Part shown: positions 1 to 12,670 of the stretch, in pieces
Layout: the number at the start of each line of letters is the position of its first letter
Numbering within the stretch: position 1 is the stretch's first letter
Assembly: GCA_002269645.1 (NCBI GenBank)
Contig: NIVC01000412.1
Location: 124,001 to 188,000, forward strand
DNA: 64,000 nucleotides
Origin: Macrostomum lignano
Lineage: Eukaryota
Reading direction: 5' to 3'
The notes under the pieces: model-generated
Databases searched by the model: none
The model's input: only the letters and a program-made list of their open reading frames with translations
What the model was told of the DNA's origin: nothing
Translations under genes and position numbers: made by a program

Positions 1-161
1 CATCCGCCTTTGTTTGTCTTTGACTGAGGTGTCTGAAAAATAAATTTTTAGTGGTGGCTTTTTTAATTTAATAGCGCTTTGCGGATTTTTATCTATTAAT
101 AACAATAATTAATGTAATTGATCACACCTGCCCTAATGACCACATGTGCAACCGACAGCTC

Positions 162-379
162 ATCTCAAGGCTGCGCACGGCTGTTCAGTCCAAGGACTGG
201 GGGGTCGCCACACAACCTTCAATTACCCCAGCTAATGCTGGCACCCATTTTACTGCAGGGTGAACTGAAGCAATTCAGAGTTAAGTGTCTTGCTCAAGGA
301 CACAAATTATTCCGGTGGGATCGGGAATCGATCCCCGACCTTAAAGTCTTGAGTCCGACGCTTTAATCACTAGGCTACA
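162..379 (-). mobile_element. tRNA-derived CORE-type SINE, family A, copy 1
   Basis: Minus strand begins TGTAGCCTAGTGATTAAAGCG (A-box-like) and GGATCGATTCCCG (B-box-like), followed by TGTGTCCTTGAGCAAGACACTTAACTCT...CAGTAAAATGGG, which resembles the CORE domain. Near-identical copy at 33585-33784. Confidence 0.75.
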
Positions 380-563
380 ATCCTCTTTTTAATATGCATT
401 TGATATATCTGGAATATAATACAATAAACCACGTTGAGGCATGATAATATTTTCATCATGTGTCTTATAACGAATCTACCGTTTTTCAGACGACAAGTAA
501 TAGAAACCTTTCTCCCCTCACACATAAAAATGGTTAGGACGAAGGATAAAACTATGGCTAGAG

Positions 564-3500
564 TTACCATCGATCAATCCTAAAACCCTTCAATGTACGG
601 CGTCCTACACCCGGGTCTGACAGGAATTTTGTTATAATAAAAGCGATACTCACACGAGTAGCAGCCGAATCTGTATCGCCCTGCGACTTCAGCAAGTCCT
701 GCACCTCCCGGTAAAGACTGTTCATTAGCAAGCCGGTCTCGGAGAGTCCGTCGCATCCTTCGGTGAGATCGTGTAACAATTGCGCCTCCTCGTCCAGGCC
801 GGTTTCTGCGGCGTCGATTTGATAGCATTCGCTCGCGTCAACAGCCGCTTGCTCGCTAATGTCGTTTGCGTCCGCTGCCGGCGTGCCGTCCGCGTCGGTG
901 CCGACAGCCACGGCGGTTGCCGTTGTCTGACTTTGCGGCAAAGGAGACGCCCACCAACGATTTTCGCTTTCACCGGTGCAGTCTGGCAGTGCCGCTTCTT
1001 TAGACAATAAATTCAACGCTTCTTTAGCGGACGTTCGAGTCCCATCGCCGACTGCTAGGCAGTCTTGCTGGCGCTGCTGAGCCCGGATCCGCTGCACCTT
1101 GCGGAACGTGACAAAGCAGCTGTTGGTGTTGCTCATGTTGCTCTTGTTCTTCGGCTTGTTGCGCATTGCAGACTTTCGGGCGGCCTTCTTGGCCTCAATG
1201 ATGGCGGCCGCTGACGGCTGCTTGCCAACGCGGAAGTGCAGCTGCATGGACTTAATCTTCGCCACCTCCTCCAGCATCTCCTTGGATAGGTAGGTCCAGC
1301 CGTCTTTGATTGAGTTGAATTCCTGGACAACCCCAATTTTGATGTCGTTAAACTTCGTCTGCAGTCGATAATTAACGGTGAAGTCGACGGTGTTTGCTGG
1401 GAATGGTGGAAAGTTTGAATTGACAAAGAACACGAGCTCCTTCGAGTGGAGCAGAATCCGTGTGAGAAGGGCTATCATTTTAGAGATGTTGGCTACGGAA
1501 GCAAGGCGCCGGTTTTCCAGCATTTTGTGCTCCTCGAGGTGCTGGAATTTCTTATAGCCAGACTGGATCTTGGCAAATATGACGTCCAGCTTTTCCTGCT
1601 CGCGTTGGATCATGTTGAGCACTAGAGTGACCACATTGCGTAGGTCGCGAGCCCGCGATGAGTCCGCTGGCAGTCGTTCGCCGTTTACAAAGAAGCCGCG
1701 CTTGCTGAGAACAATAATTGAATCCAGGCACACCTGAAATTCAGTTTGGTACTTTATGAGAACTCGACAACCCAACAATGTCTCGCGATCTGATCGTCTT
1801 TGGCACGTGGTTCTCGGGTGTGTACTGGACTCATGACGAAATGACAAGCACGGCATCATCCCTTACAAAACTACAAAACTACACCAGACCCCCAGCGTAC
1901 CTGCATCCTCTTGCTAGTCTTGTCCTTCTCCAACGCGTAGTACAACACCCGGAGAGCTTCCGACACGTAATTGCGCGGCTTTTTCTTCTTCTTAGCGGCC
2001 GCGCTGACGTTCCGTTGCTGGCTCTGTGCGTCAGCCGTTGAGGCGCTGCCCGCATTTGTGGCGCTGTTGTTAGCGTTGACAGCTAGCAGTCGCTGCTGAC
2101 GGGTGTCCGGCTCAACCGCCCACAGCCTGTCCGGTAGGCGCGGACGGCCGAGGCCGCAGCTGCGCCACCAACCGCTGATGGACGCGGCCGAGTTGGCAAC
2201 GTTGCTGGCGTTGCGCAGGGCGGCGGTGGCAGCGTTGTTTTCGTTCTCTTCGGCTGCCTCCTTGTCAGCTACGTAGCCGTCGTAGTCTTGGGCCTTGCGT
2301 GAGGAATGAATTTGTTTTTTTGAGACATTAGATGCCTATTCTATCCATTAAAACACCTCGCGGGGTGATTATTTAAATTTAAACCAACACCAGAAAAAAA
2401 CTGAATTTTACCTTTACCCATAATCTATGTTTCTATAACAGTGTTTTTAACTAATTTTATGACTAGTAATCTCACCTGAATCATGAGTATCTCCGGGTTG
2501 AGTCCAACCGCGGTAGCCTCTCTCTTCAGGGCGGCCACTTCAATGGCGCAACTGCGCATCTGCAGGTAGCGATCGTAGTCCTCGGCCATCTCCAATAGGG
2601 AACGAACTCCAACCATTTTAGTACCGACTGGCAGCTCTTCTACGTCAATTAGACCGGTAGGAACGCGCTGCTTGGGCGTTGGCGGCAGCAGGTTAGTAGT
2701 CGGTAGCATCAGGAACTTGTAGATGGTCATGTTGCGGGTCATATTCAGGATCAGCGACTGCAGCGGGTAGAGGGGTCGCTCGGACAGCAGGCCGAGTGCC
2801 GCCTCCAGCCAGTCGTAGAAGTAGAAGGCTCTCCGCTCGAAGCGGCGTCGCATGGGCAGCGCCAGCGGCTGCGTGGGGTTCCAGCCGGCCTGTTGGAGGC
2901 TGACCGTGGACTCGAAGCAGTACATGCGCAGCATGATCACGCACGGCGGGAATGCGTGAAAGTCGCCGTATTTCAAATCCTGCAGATGTGAAGCAAACTG
3001 CGGCTCGTATGGGCTGCCAACGACTGCGCCGTACGGGTCTTTGTGGAACAAGATCAGGTCGATCAGAGGAAGCTGAAATGTGCCAGTGGGTAAGTTTTCA
3101 TGCAGCGGTTTTGCATTATTTTCTTAATGCTTTTAAATAACTCTCATCTGGAAAAGTGAAAATAAAATTACAGGCAAATAACTAACAATCGATCGAGTGC
3201 CCCCCTTCGGGGCGGCCAATAAGCAAGGGACGAGAATTTTTATGTGAATCCTATTTGCCTTGACATCTCAGCAATTCCCCCCCCCCCGTAGGCATTGACC
3301 TCTCAACGATTCCCCTCACCTATCCTTGACATTTCAGCAATTCCCCTAAACAAACCTTGACATCTCAGCAATTCCTAGTTATAGGCAAGTAAATAAGGTT
3401 AAAAAATAAAAAAAATTCTAGGAGGGCTGTCGGCACCCCAGAGAAACGTCGTAGACATCACCACACAGCCAGCGCCGCCGAGGCAATTGTGCTCATTTCG

Positions 3501-4016
3501 CTGACTCCTGTCGCACGACAACCCACGACAAAATTTTGTACATAAGCCCCAAACAAATAAATTTAGTCAAGCACGGATGCCACGGTCATCATTGATAACA
3601 GTTTAACTGTTAAGTGAGCAAGCTCTCTAACTGATCTCCAACGCAAACCTTTTGAAGGCCTATTAATTAAATAAATAAATACTCACGCTACGAAGATAAA
3701 TAGATATGCCCAAAGCTGTCAGGTAGAGCACACTCTGCCGCTTAAACATCGGAGTAACAGACGGATCATCGGGCAGGTAGAGTTTCGGATGGTCCACCAT
3801 CTGGAAGTAGCGACCTTTGAACAGCTCTGGATTCAGCTCGATCTTCCGCTTGACCTGGTCCTCCTCCTTGGCCTTGATCATGGCGATCAACCAGCGAGTG
3901 TTCGGGTGGTGGAAGCCGAAGAATCTCGGCACAGCGTAGTAATAGCAGGACTCGATCTCGATGAGCGGATCGAGAAAGGCTGGCGCCGCTGGCACGATGA
4001 GGTTGGTGGATGACAT
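564..4016 (-). CDS. Four-exon hypothetical protein, ~829 aa, no recognised family
   Basis: Exons 4016-3687, 3072-2476, 2293-1901 and 1733-564 are joined by GT-AG introns, all phase 0, into one open frame; exons 1, 2 and 4 match ORF-track ORFs and exon 3 was translated by hand. Confidence 0.75.
3195..3376. mobile_element. Dispersed non-autonomous element with hairpin end and internal 27-bp-type repeats (HINE/Helentron-MITE-like)
   Basis: CCCCCTTCGGGGCGGCCAATAAGCAAG..TCCTATTTG.CTTGACATCTCAGCAATTCCC is shared with 50660-51010. Family assignment is inference. Confidence 0.55.
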
Positions 4017-5053
4017 GGCGACCGCGGGGCGAGATTGTGGCGAAGTCTAATTTAGGTTAAAAAATGGCTGCCAATGAAACGCATGAAAGTTATTAGATTA
4101 AATACTTTCAAGCTACACAATAAAGCGGTGCTGGATTTAGTCTTCACTTGAGACTGTTTGAATTTCAATAGAGGAAATTAGCAGTAGGATCGGCCATAGA
4201 CACATGCGTGATTTAATTAAAGAGTTACTTGAAGAGTTGTGTAGCTTGAATTAACGGATTGAGGAATTTGTGTTAAAAGTTTTCTTAGTTTTAAGGTTGC
4301 TTTTTTCCTATTACGCTTGATGATGTCGCCGAAAGCGAACCTCCTGCGAATACTGTATTAATTAAGGAATGAACAAGGCTGATGAAAGATATCCTACCTA
4401 CATGTACATCATGTAACTAGGGTGTGGGGTGTACACTCACCTTCACCTTTAGACATTACCGCGACTGCAGTCTCCTAAAAGTCGACTCAAATCTACCTAG
4501 AGTCTAGCAGGTTTGAGCAGCGATATTGTGCATGAATTGTAGTTCGCATGTGAAAGTTTCACGTCCCCTTTATTCCAAAGTTGTCGGAATTCTACACCCG
4601 CTCTCTTATCAGAATACAGATAATAAAATTATTAATTTAATAAGAACTTAAATTATAAAGAATCACAATTATTTTTTCGTGCAAAAGTATAGAAAAATTA
4701 TTTTGGCTTTACTAGTATATTGATAGCATATGTTTTGACTAAGAATTAGACAGATTTTAAAAATAGAGAAGCCACACTTAAACGCACAAGGAAAATGCAT
4801 ATTTTTATTGATTAAACAGCAGAGTGTGCTAAAATGAATGCAAATGCGTAAATTGGAAAATAGCAGAAAATGCCTTAAATTAACAGGATATGTTAGTTTA
4901 ATAAATAATGAATTAGCAAGCGGCATATTTAGAACGGTGTACAAATTAAATAGCAAAAATAAAAAATGAATAAAATTTTGGAGAACACACGCTATGATGA
5001 CGAATCCATAAGACATTGGATTACGTATGGTTTCATGGCTATTAAATAAGTCC

Positions 5054-6371
5054 CTAAATTTGCAATTTAGCGACTTCCTCAGCAACAGTGTTACCCTTTG
5101 CCGGCATCCGCTGCTCAACCGGTGGGGCTAACTGAATCGGCCCTAGCGGCTTCTTGTTGCCAGGCGACAGCGCACCAGCCAGACAGGTGTCGGAGTAGCC
5201 GCACAGAATCATGTCCCGCTTTTCGTCCCAAACTCGACGCATCGAGGCCAGATCGAGCCCGGCGTCCAGGATGAGCACCGGGGCGCCCAGGTCTGAGCTG
5301 GTGATCCAGCGCTCGTGCAGGTCGTGCAGCCGCTCGATCAGCCCGATGGGCAGGCAGCTCTCCTCAGAGCGGGACCGCGACAGGATGCGCTCGTAGCACA
5401 CCTGTGAGGTGGGGACGGATGGTGCTGGCTGCGTCAGGTGTGCGGCCAGACTGGGATCTGGGAGGCTGGCCCAGCAACTGAGGATTCGAGAGGCTGGACC
5501 AGCAACTGGGGATCTGAGAGGCTGGCCCAGCAACTGAGGATCTGGGAGGCTGGCTCAGCAACTGGGGATCTGAGAGGCTGGCCCAGCAACTGAGGATCTG
5601 GGAGGCTGGCTCAGCAACTGAGGATCCGGGAGGCTGGCCCAGCAGCTGAGGATCTGGGAGGCTGGCTCAGCAACTGAGGATCCGGGAGGATGGCCCAGCA
5701 ACTGAGGATCCGGGAGGATGGCCCAGCAACTGACACTCTGGGAGGCTGGCCCAGCAACTGACGATCTGGGAGGCTGGCCCAGCAACTGACGAATCTGGGA
5801 GGCTGGCCCATCAACTGAGGATCTGAGAGGCTGGAGGCTGGCCTGGCCTAGCAACTGAGGATCTGGGATCAGGCTGTCCCAGGAAGTGGGGATCTGGGAG
5901 AGTATGGGATGTTAAATATCAATGCTAAATATCACAAACCTGAGGCGGCGCTCTCAGGTACACATAGAGGTCAACCCGCACATCCGCAGGCCTGTACTGC
6001 AGCAAGTGCTCATAGTACTTTACTAGCACTGAATACTCGGCAGAGCAGAGGCTGCCGTCAGCAAAGGAGCTCTCAACAAAGCAGTGCCTGGTGCTGTGCA
6101 GGGAGCGCTCAAGCAGCCGGACAGGCCTGATGGATTCGGCCTGGTGCATCCGCAGGCGGGTGAGCATGGCGTACAGGTTGAACGACAGCGACCAGCGCTT
6201 GGGGTCCTCGTACAGCCGGCGCAGAGGGTTGGTGCCGCACAGGTTGCACCACTGCTCAAGGGGTTCGCGAATGTCCGTAACGAATGGCGACGAGCTGAAG
6301 TGCTCAAGCAGGGTGCTCTTGCCCGACCCGATGTTGCCTTCGATGGACACGGTGAATCGGCTGCGCTGCAT
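5054..6371 (-). CDS. Deoxynucleoside kinase (dNK/TK2-like), 2 exons, ~259 aa
   Basis: P-loop IEGNIGSGKST, EPLEQW, LERS, YLRAPPQ|VCYERI..RSRSEE lid region. Exons 6371-5940 and 5401-5054, phase-0 GT-AG intron. Confidence 0.9.
5445..5870. repeat. 28-bp minisatellite in dNK intron
   Basis: Unit GAGGCTGGCCCAGCAACTGAGGATCTGG; same family as 38480-38628. Confidence 0.95.
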
Positions 6372-6416
6372 GGCTGCTGCGGCTGCGATAAATATTGAGA
6401 TAGGAGGGGAGATTTG

Positions 6417-7010
6417 AATGATGAAGCTGGATTGGGATCTGATGAGGCTGGACTGGGATCTGATGATGCTAATTTGGGATCTGATGATGCTAATTTGGGA
6501 TCTGATGATGCTGGATTGGGATCTGATGATGCTGGACTGGGATCTGATGATGCTAATTTGGGATTTGATGATGCTGGACTGGGATCTGATGATGCTAATT
6601 TGGGATTTGATGATGCTGGACTGGGATCTGATGATGCTGGATTGGGATCTGATGATGCTGGATTGGGATCTGATGATGCTGGACTGGGATCTGATGATGC
6701 TGGATTGGGATCTGATGATGCTGGATTGGGATCTGATGATGCTGGACTGGGATCTGATGATGCTGGACTGGGATCTGATGATGCTGGACTGGGATCTGAT
6801 GATGCTAATTTGGGATCTGATGATGCTGAACTGGGATCTGATGATGCTGGATTGGGATATGATGATGCTGGACTGGGATCTGATGATGCTGGACTGGGAT
6901 CTGATCTGATGATGCTGGACTGGGAGCTGATGATGCTGGACTGGAATCTGATGATACTGGACTAGGATCTGATGATGCTGGACTGGGATCTGATGATGAA
7001 GGACTGTGAT
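6417..7010. repeat. 21-bp minisatellite
   Basis: Unit GATGATGCTGGA(C/T)TGGGATCT, about 28 copies. Confidence 0.95.
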
Positions 7011-7257
7011 CTGTTGCTAGTGCAGGCGAATTTTCGAAACTGGCAATGAAACAAGGGCAAAAATTCTTAGATAAAAATTAATTCAACAAACTAGAAAAAT
7101 TTAAACGCGATAAAAATAAAAAGGTGTATCATATTTATAATTGCTGCAGGTGAGTTGAAGAGACATTTAACCAAAATGCGCGAAAAAGATTTGGAAGTCA
7201 GTAAATTTTTAAGCGAAAATTTTCAATTATCGATAGCGGTTAGAGGTGGAAAATCTA

Positions 7258-8387
7258 TCAACTATATCGGGCCACATAGTCAATATCGGCGTCCATATCG
7301 CATTCGGTGACGGCCAGTTCCGCCAGTTCAATATCTGCTTCCGGTGTGGAAGCAAGCCGGCTCAGCGACTGAGTCGCCAGCCTGCGCAGCTCAAGTCTGG
7401 CAGCAGACACTGAGGTTGAGCTGGGGCAGGCAGACTCGGACTCGTTCGCCTCCCGGACTTCATCTGCCGTACAGCGGCGCTTGGCTTCTGGCGGCGTGTC
7501 TAGCGGGTTAGAGAGCCCTTCCGGCGGAGTCTGGAAGTTCAGAGTCTCGCTACTATTGTTGCTGCTTTCGCTAGTTTCTTTGTTGTCGTCTTCTTTTGCT
7601 TTTGCTGCTTGACCGCATTTGATAGCGCTGGAACAGTTGCAGATCGTGTCATTAAAATGGAACCAAAGGCTTGGATGGATAAGGACCATAGACAACTGAA
7701 GTAGAGGGATGCCATACACTCGGATTTTCTTAGAAACGCATAGCCCTGAATGTGGTTTTGCCATAGACAAATTCGCTGATAGCATTTTCAGTCTTTCGCA
7801 CTGGGGAAAATCTAGATGGTACAGGACTACTTTCATTGGCTGAGCCTGGGGTCGTGTCCTCAGCTTTTGCTTGTTGGGCCGCTCTGATTGGCTGGTAAAA
7901 CATTACAAACTGGATGGAAGCTTTCAGGGCCAAAATGCATATTACTGAAAGAATAAAACACGGTTACTAACCCTTCATCAAGAGTCTGTTCCGGACTAAT
8001 TGATGTTAAGCGAGCCAGGGCATGGGCTGCGGCGGCTGCAGGAGTGCGGCACGGCAGCACCAGAGTGCAGTAGTGCCCGCAGTCCATCAGGGGATTGAGC
8101 TGGCCCAGTGACAGCAGATGCCGCTGAAGTCCAGTCGCTGAGCCGTTAGCTGACTGTTTCAAACGATGAAACACAGCAGGACCAGCTAAAAAGTTCTGAC
8201 TGCGACTCACTGCAAACAGGTCGGCGTCGCTGCTCAACTCCGACGCGGTTGTGGCAGCTTTGTAGACGGAAATCAGGTCTGAGCAGCTCTGGTCTATATT
8301 ATAATTATTATTATCTGATTCGTCAGTGGACAGCTCTCTGAGCAATTGGCTGAGCGGGCCTGAGCTACGAGGTGACTGAGACCACAT
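7258..8387 (-). CDS. Hypothetical protein, probably spliced; exon joins unresolved
   Basis: Three successive minus-strand ORFs (8387-7860, 7933-7730, 7836-7258) with coding-like composition and an acceptor-like TTCAG 9 nt before the ATG. No recognised motif. Confidence 0.4.
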
Positions 8388-8469
8388 TCAGTGCTGCTGA
8401 AGCATTTAACAGTGGATTTTTTATATTAGACACTGACTTAATTATTGCCTACGTTTACCAAGCGGTTAA

Positions 8470-8990
8470 GAACCAATCTGAATGTACACCTAGCGGTTGA
8501 GAACCCATCTGAAAGTACACCTAGCGGTTGAGAACCCATCTGAAAGTAGACATAGCGGTTGAGAACCCATCTGAAAGTAGACATAGCGGTTGAGATGAGA
8601 ACCCATCTGAAAGTAGACATAGCGGTTGAGAACCCATCTGAAAGTAGACATAGCGGTTGAGAACCCATCTGAAAGTAGACATAGCGGTTGAGAACCCATC
8701 TAAAAGTAGACATAGCGGTTGAGAACCCATCTGAAAGTACACCTAGCGGTTGAGAACCCATCTGAAAGTACACCTAGCGGTTGAGAACCCATCTGAAAGT
8801 ACACCTAGCGGTTGAGAACCCATCTGAAAGTAGACATAGCGGTTGAGAACCCATCTGAAAGTAGACATAGCGGTTGAGAACCCATCTGAAAGTAGACATA
8901 GCGGTTGAGAACCCATCTGAAAGTAGACATAGCGGTTGAGAACCCATCTAAAAGTAGACATAGCGGTTGAGAACCCATCTGAAGGTACAC
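8470..8990. repeat. 31-bp minisatellite
   Basis: Unit AGCGGTTGAGAACCCATCTGAAAGTAGACAT. Confidence 0.95.
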
Positions 8991-9287
8991 CTGGGGCTGA
9001 TAAACCATCTCAAAGTACACCTGTTGACAGCCTGTACCCGAAGACACAGGCCATGTATCGCATTCAAGAATCAATCTAACCTTAATTATAACCAAGTACA
9101 CATAAAGCAATTCGTGACTGAGAAGCAAAAAAACGAACAAGTGGAAAACATCTCCAACAAAGCATCAGAGCGCGTCAGCGATTCAAGAGAAACGCCTGGC
9201 TAAACAATTCTTGTATTTAGCAATCATTTCCCAGCCACACGCTGCCAGCATAGACCGATGGTTCAGTCAAATCAATTATCACCCCAT

Positions 9288-10454
9288 CTATTCGCCTCGC
9301 AGCTTAGCCTTCTTAAGCTTCTTCTTGCTCTCCTTCTTCTTCGCCGTGGTCTCCTCGGTGTCCGCGGCCCGGGCTACCACCTGTTCGTGCTCGTTTAGAA
9401 TCACTTCAACGTGGCACGGCGAAGACATGTAGGGCCCGATGCGGCCGTGGGCGCGGTACGTGCGCCGGCGCATCTTAGGGGCGCGGTTCACCTGAGACCG
9501 AGGTGGAAAGGGCGCGCTTTTTTACCTTAATAATAGAGAACTTTCTTCTGCTCCCCTACCAAGAAACTGCCTCTTGTGCTCTACCCTCAGCTGTTGAGAA
9601 TCTGCCTCTCTTCTGCTCTCACTTAGCTGTTGAGAATCTGCCTCTCTTCTGCTCTCACTTAGCTGTTGAGAATCTGCCTCTCTGCTCTCACTTAGCTGTT
9701 GAGAATCTGCCTCTCTTCTGCTCTCACTTAGCTGTTGAGAATCTGCCTCTCTTCTGCTCTCACTTAGCTGTTGAGAATCTGCCTCTCTTCTGCTCTCACT
9801 TAGCTGTTGAGAATCTGCCTCTCTTCTGCTCTCACTTAGCTGTTGAGAATCTGCCTCTCTGCTCTCACTTAGCTGTTGAGAATCTGCCTCTCTTCTGCTC
9901 TCACTTAGCTGTTGAGAATCTACCTCTCTTCTGCTCTCACTTAGCTGTTGAGAATCTGCCTCTCTTCTGCTCTCACTTAGCTGTTGAGAATCTGCCTCTC
10001 TTCTGCTCTCACTTAGCTGTTGAGAATCTGCCTCTCTGCTCTCACTTAGCTGTTGAGAATCTGCCTCTCTACTCTCTGCAGACATTTAAGCCAGCCACAC
10101 CTGGATGTGATCGATAACCAGGTGATCAGCGTCCAATCCCTTGAACTCAGCGTTGCTCTCGCAGTTCTTGAGCAACTGCAGCAGAAATTCGCAGGACTTC
10201 TTCGGCCAGCGGCCAGTGGCTGTGCCCCACACCTTAGACTGGGCATGCCGGCCAGTGCCGCCCATAAAGCGCCTGAACGGCACAATTTCCTTCTTGGCGA
10301 TGACATTCTTCAGGTAGCGCTGCGCCCGTTTTAGTGGCATGCCGCGCACCGCGCCAGCAGCCTCGCGCGTATTCTTGAAATGCACGCGCAGATAGGAGCC
10401 GCGTGCTTTGGCGCACTTTGAAGCGCTCTCTGGCTTGACACTGTAGCGACCCAT
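9288..10454 (-). CDS. RPL17: 60S ribosomal protein L17 (uL22), 2 exons, ~185 aa
   Basis: MGRYS...[10 protein letters not shown]...GRWPKKS...VIDHIQ|[29 protein letters not shown]. Exons 10454-10101 and 9491-9288. Confidence 0.97.
9580..10075. repeat. 36-bp minisatellite (33-bp variant) in RPL17 intron
   Basis: Unit AGCTGTTGAGAATCTGCCTCTCTTCTGCTCTCACTT. Confidence 0.95.
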
Positions 10455-11449
10455 AGATTCTGAGTAATCAGCTTTCTTTGCTGCTTTTGGCTCTCTTTCT
10501 CTGCTTCGGTCCCGGTTAAGCCACCCGGCTGATGCTCTGCAGAGCAATTTGAATGATAGCTTTGACAGAGGCTAAAATTCCCTAATCAATTAACATCGCT
10601 ACTGGATGAAAGAAAATGTCAACTCTGTACTAAAGATATAGTCTTTGGATATCAGAATTGCAGAGCTGAGTGGAATTCTCAGCTCTGCAATTTTAGATTA
10701 GCAAACTATAAACTAGCCTACAAAACAATGAGGACTAAGAGACTGCCAGATACTATATTAATATGACAAGCTATAACCTATAGATATGCCTTATAAAGGT
10801 AAGCCTATTTGTAGGCTGCCTACTTTATTTACTACTTAGTCTTAGTAAAGACAGGTTTAAATTTAACTATCAACATTATTATTTCCTCTAGTTTTAGGTT
10901 TATCAAAGCTACTTAGCTAGCCTTACCTTCTAATATAGAGGCTTACCTTCTATATTAGCCTTCTATATTATTATATTAGCTAGCCTTACCTTCTAATATA
11001 CCTTCTAATATAAAGGGTCAAGATTCCAATTTTTGCTATAATCCTAAAATTTTAGGATTAGTATCTTTATTTTATACATGGGAAGTATTCAATCTTTTGT
11101 TTTATATATATAGATTGAAATTTAAACTAAAATTAGAATATGAATACTACTTTTGCATAAATAGTACTAGACCTTTATATTTAATTTTAATTATCATATT
11201 GAGTTTTTTTCATCTTAGTATATAATAAGCTAAAAGCTAAGAGCAAAAAAGAAGCTAATAGAGCCTAGTATATTAGAAGGTAAAACTGATGCATATGACT
11301 CTTGCAAGTATTATCTCTAAGGTTTTGGCTAATCTGGTTAAATAAGATTTTTTATCAATAAATAAGGGATTAAAAGGCTTAAAATGATTTATTTGGCATA
11401 AAAACTGGTTATGTTAAATAAAAATGATCACAATATTAAAAAGCAATAT

Positions 11450-12515
11450 ACAAGAAGCACTAAAAAAGTTCTGAGCCAAGCCTGACCAAGATCTCATTGT
11501 TACAAAGCGTGAAAATCAAAGCTCTAACACAATAATATGATATAGTCTTTGACAAAATTTTCAGCTCTCTAGACATTACTTAAGTTCCATAGCACCTTAA
11601 TATTTTTAGCTAATCTATCTATCTATCTATCTATCTATCTATAGCAAATTCTCAAGGACTAAAACTTAAGTATAGGGCAGTGATCAAATTCTTGACCTTG
11701 CAAGGCTCAAAACCTGCTGAAATCCAAAGTTGCATGGCTGGCATATATACTAGGGCTGCCCCCATATATGCCACTGTCAAGTGTTAGGCAGCCAAGTTCA
11801 AATTTGGCCAAGACTCTTGGAGATAACCCTCAATGCAAATGCCCCCAGGCTGCTGTCACTGCTGAAAAAAATCTAGCACATTGAGGCCTTGGTTGATGGT
11901 TTGCATAGTGATTGGCAGGTAAAGGTCAGGGAACTTGCGGCAAACACTGGGCTTTTTGACCCATAGGTCATCGAGATCCTACACTAGCATTTTCATTTGT
12001 CAAAGGTTTCAGCCTAATGGATCCTGCAAATCTTGACAAGCAACTAAAAGTCTATATGGTTATAATATGCAAAGCTTGTCCTACAAACTTATAGTCTAGA
12101 TTATGCCAAATTTTTATTCTACTATGACTAGTAATGAGACATAGATCTACCACCATAATCACAAATCAAGAAGAATCAAAGTAGTGACTGCCAGTTGGTG
12201 CACCTGCATCACTGAAGGCACATATTAGATATAGTGCAGTCAAGATAATGCTCAGTCTTTTGGGATGCCAAAGGCCCACTACTACTAGACTTTTTTCTAT
12301 ATAAACAGATAGTCATAGGTGCCTACTATGCTAATCTGTTCACCTATCTGTACAAGACAATCAAGGATAATTAGTAGGCAAAGGCAGCTATCAGCATTGC
12401 AGGGTTCTAAGAGCTGCCATACCTTGCTTATTCATTTGACCTTGACCTGAGCAACTTTTACCTATTTTTGCATCTCAAGCAAGGGGCAAGCATACTTTAA
12501 AATCCCACTATAAGT
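11450..12515 (+). pseudogene. Degenerate mariner-type (Tc1/mariner) transposon relic
   Basis: Translated fragments YRAVIKFLT, YATVKC*AAKFK, VSA*WI, MTSNET*IYH (for V/ITGDETWIYH), FWDAKGPLLLDF, GAYYANL; many stops and frameshifts; ends approximate. Confidence 0.85.
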
Positions 12516-12554
12516 ATAAAAAAATGACAACTAGGCCTAGGCCTAATAGTCTTT

Positions 12555-12670
12555 ATGGCTATCCTGTAGTTTTGCACGTTAAATTATTTTACGGAATTAT
12601 TTCGCCCTCTATTCAAGGGTGGTGGGGGGTGGGGGTTATAATTAAACGTGCGAAACTACAGGATAGCCAT
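12555..12670. mobile_element. 116-bp MITE-like hairpin element
   Basis: Terminal inverted repeat ATGGCTATCCTGTAGTTT(T/C)GCACGTT.AATTAT at both ends. Confidence 0.7.

Noticed and set aside
310-379. tRNA gene candidates (also 60945-61005 and 41858-41890)
   Set aside because: A/B boxes are present but there is no complete cloverleaf; each is followed by a shared SINE body.
4669-5118. 149-aa AT-rich ORF
   Set aside because: F/L/I/K-rich composition typical of translated non-coding AT-rich DNA; it overlaps the dNK 3' end in another frame.
5054-6371. Viral or horizontally acquired origin of the dNK
   Set aside because: It has a spliceosomal intron and host-like composition; dNK/TK2 is a standard animal gene.
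6417-7010. Hammerhead-like CTGATGA core in the 21-bp array
   Set aside because: No GAAA partner motif or flanking helices.
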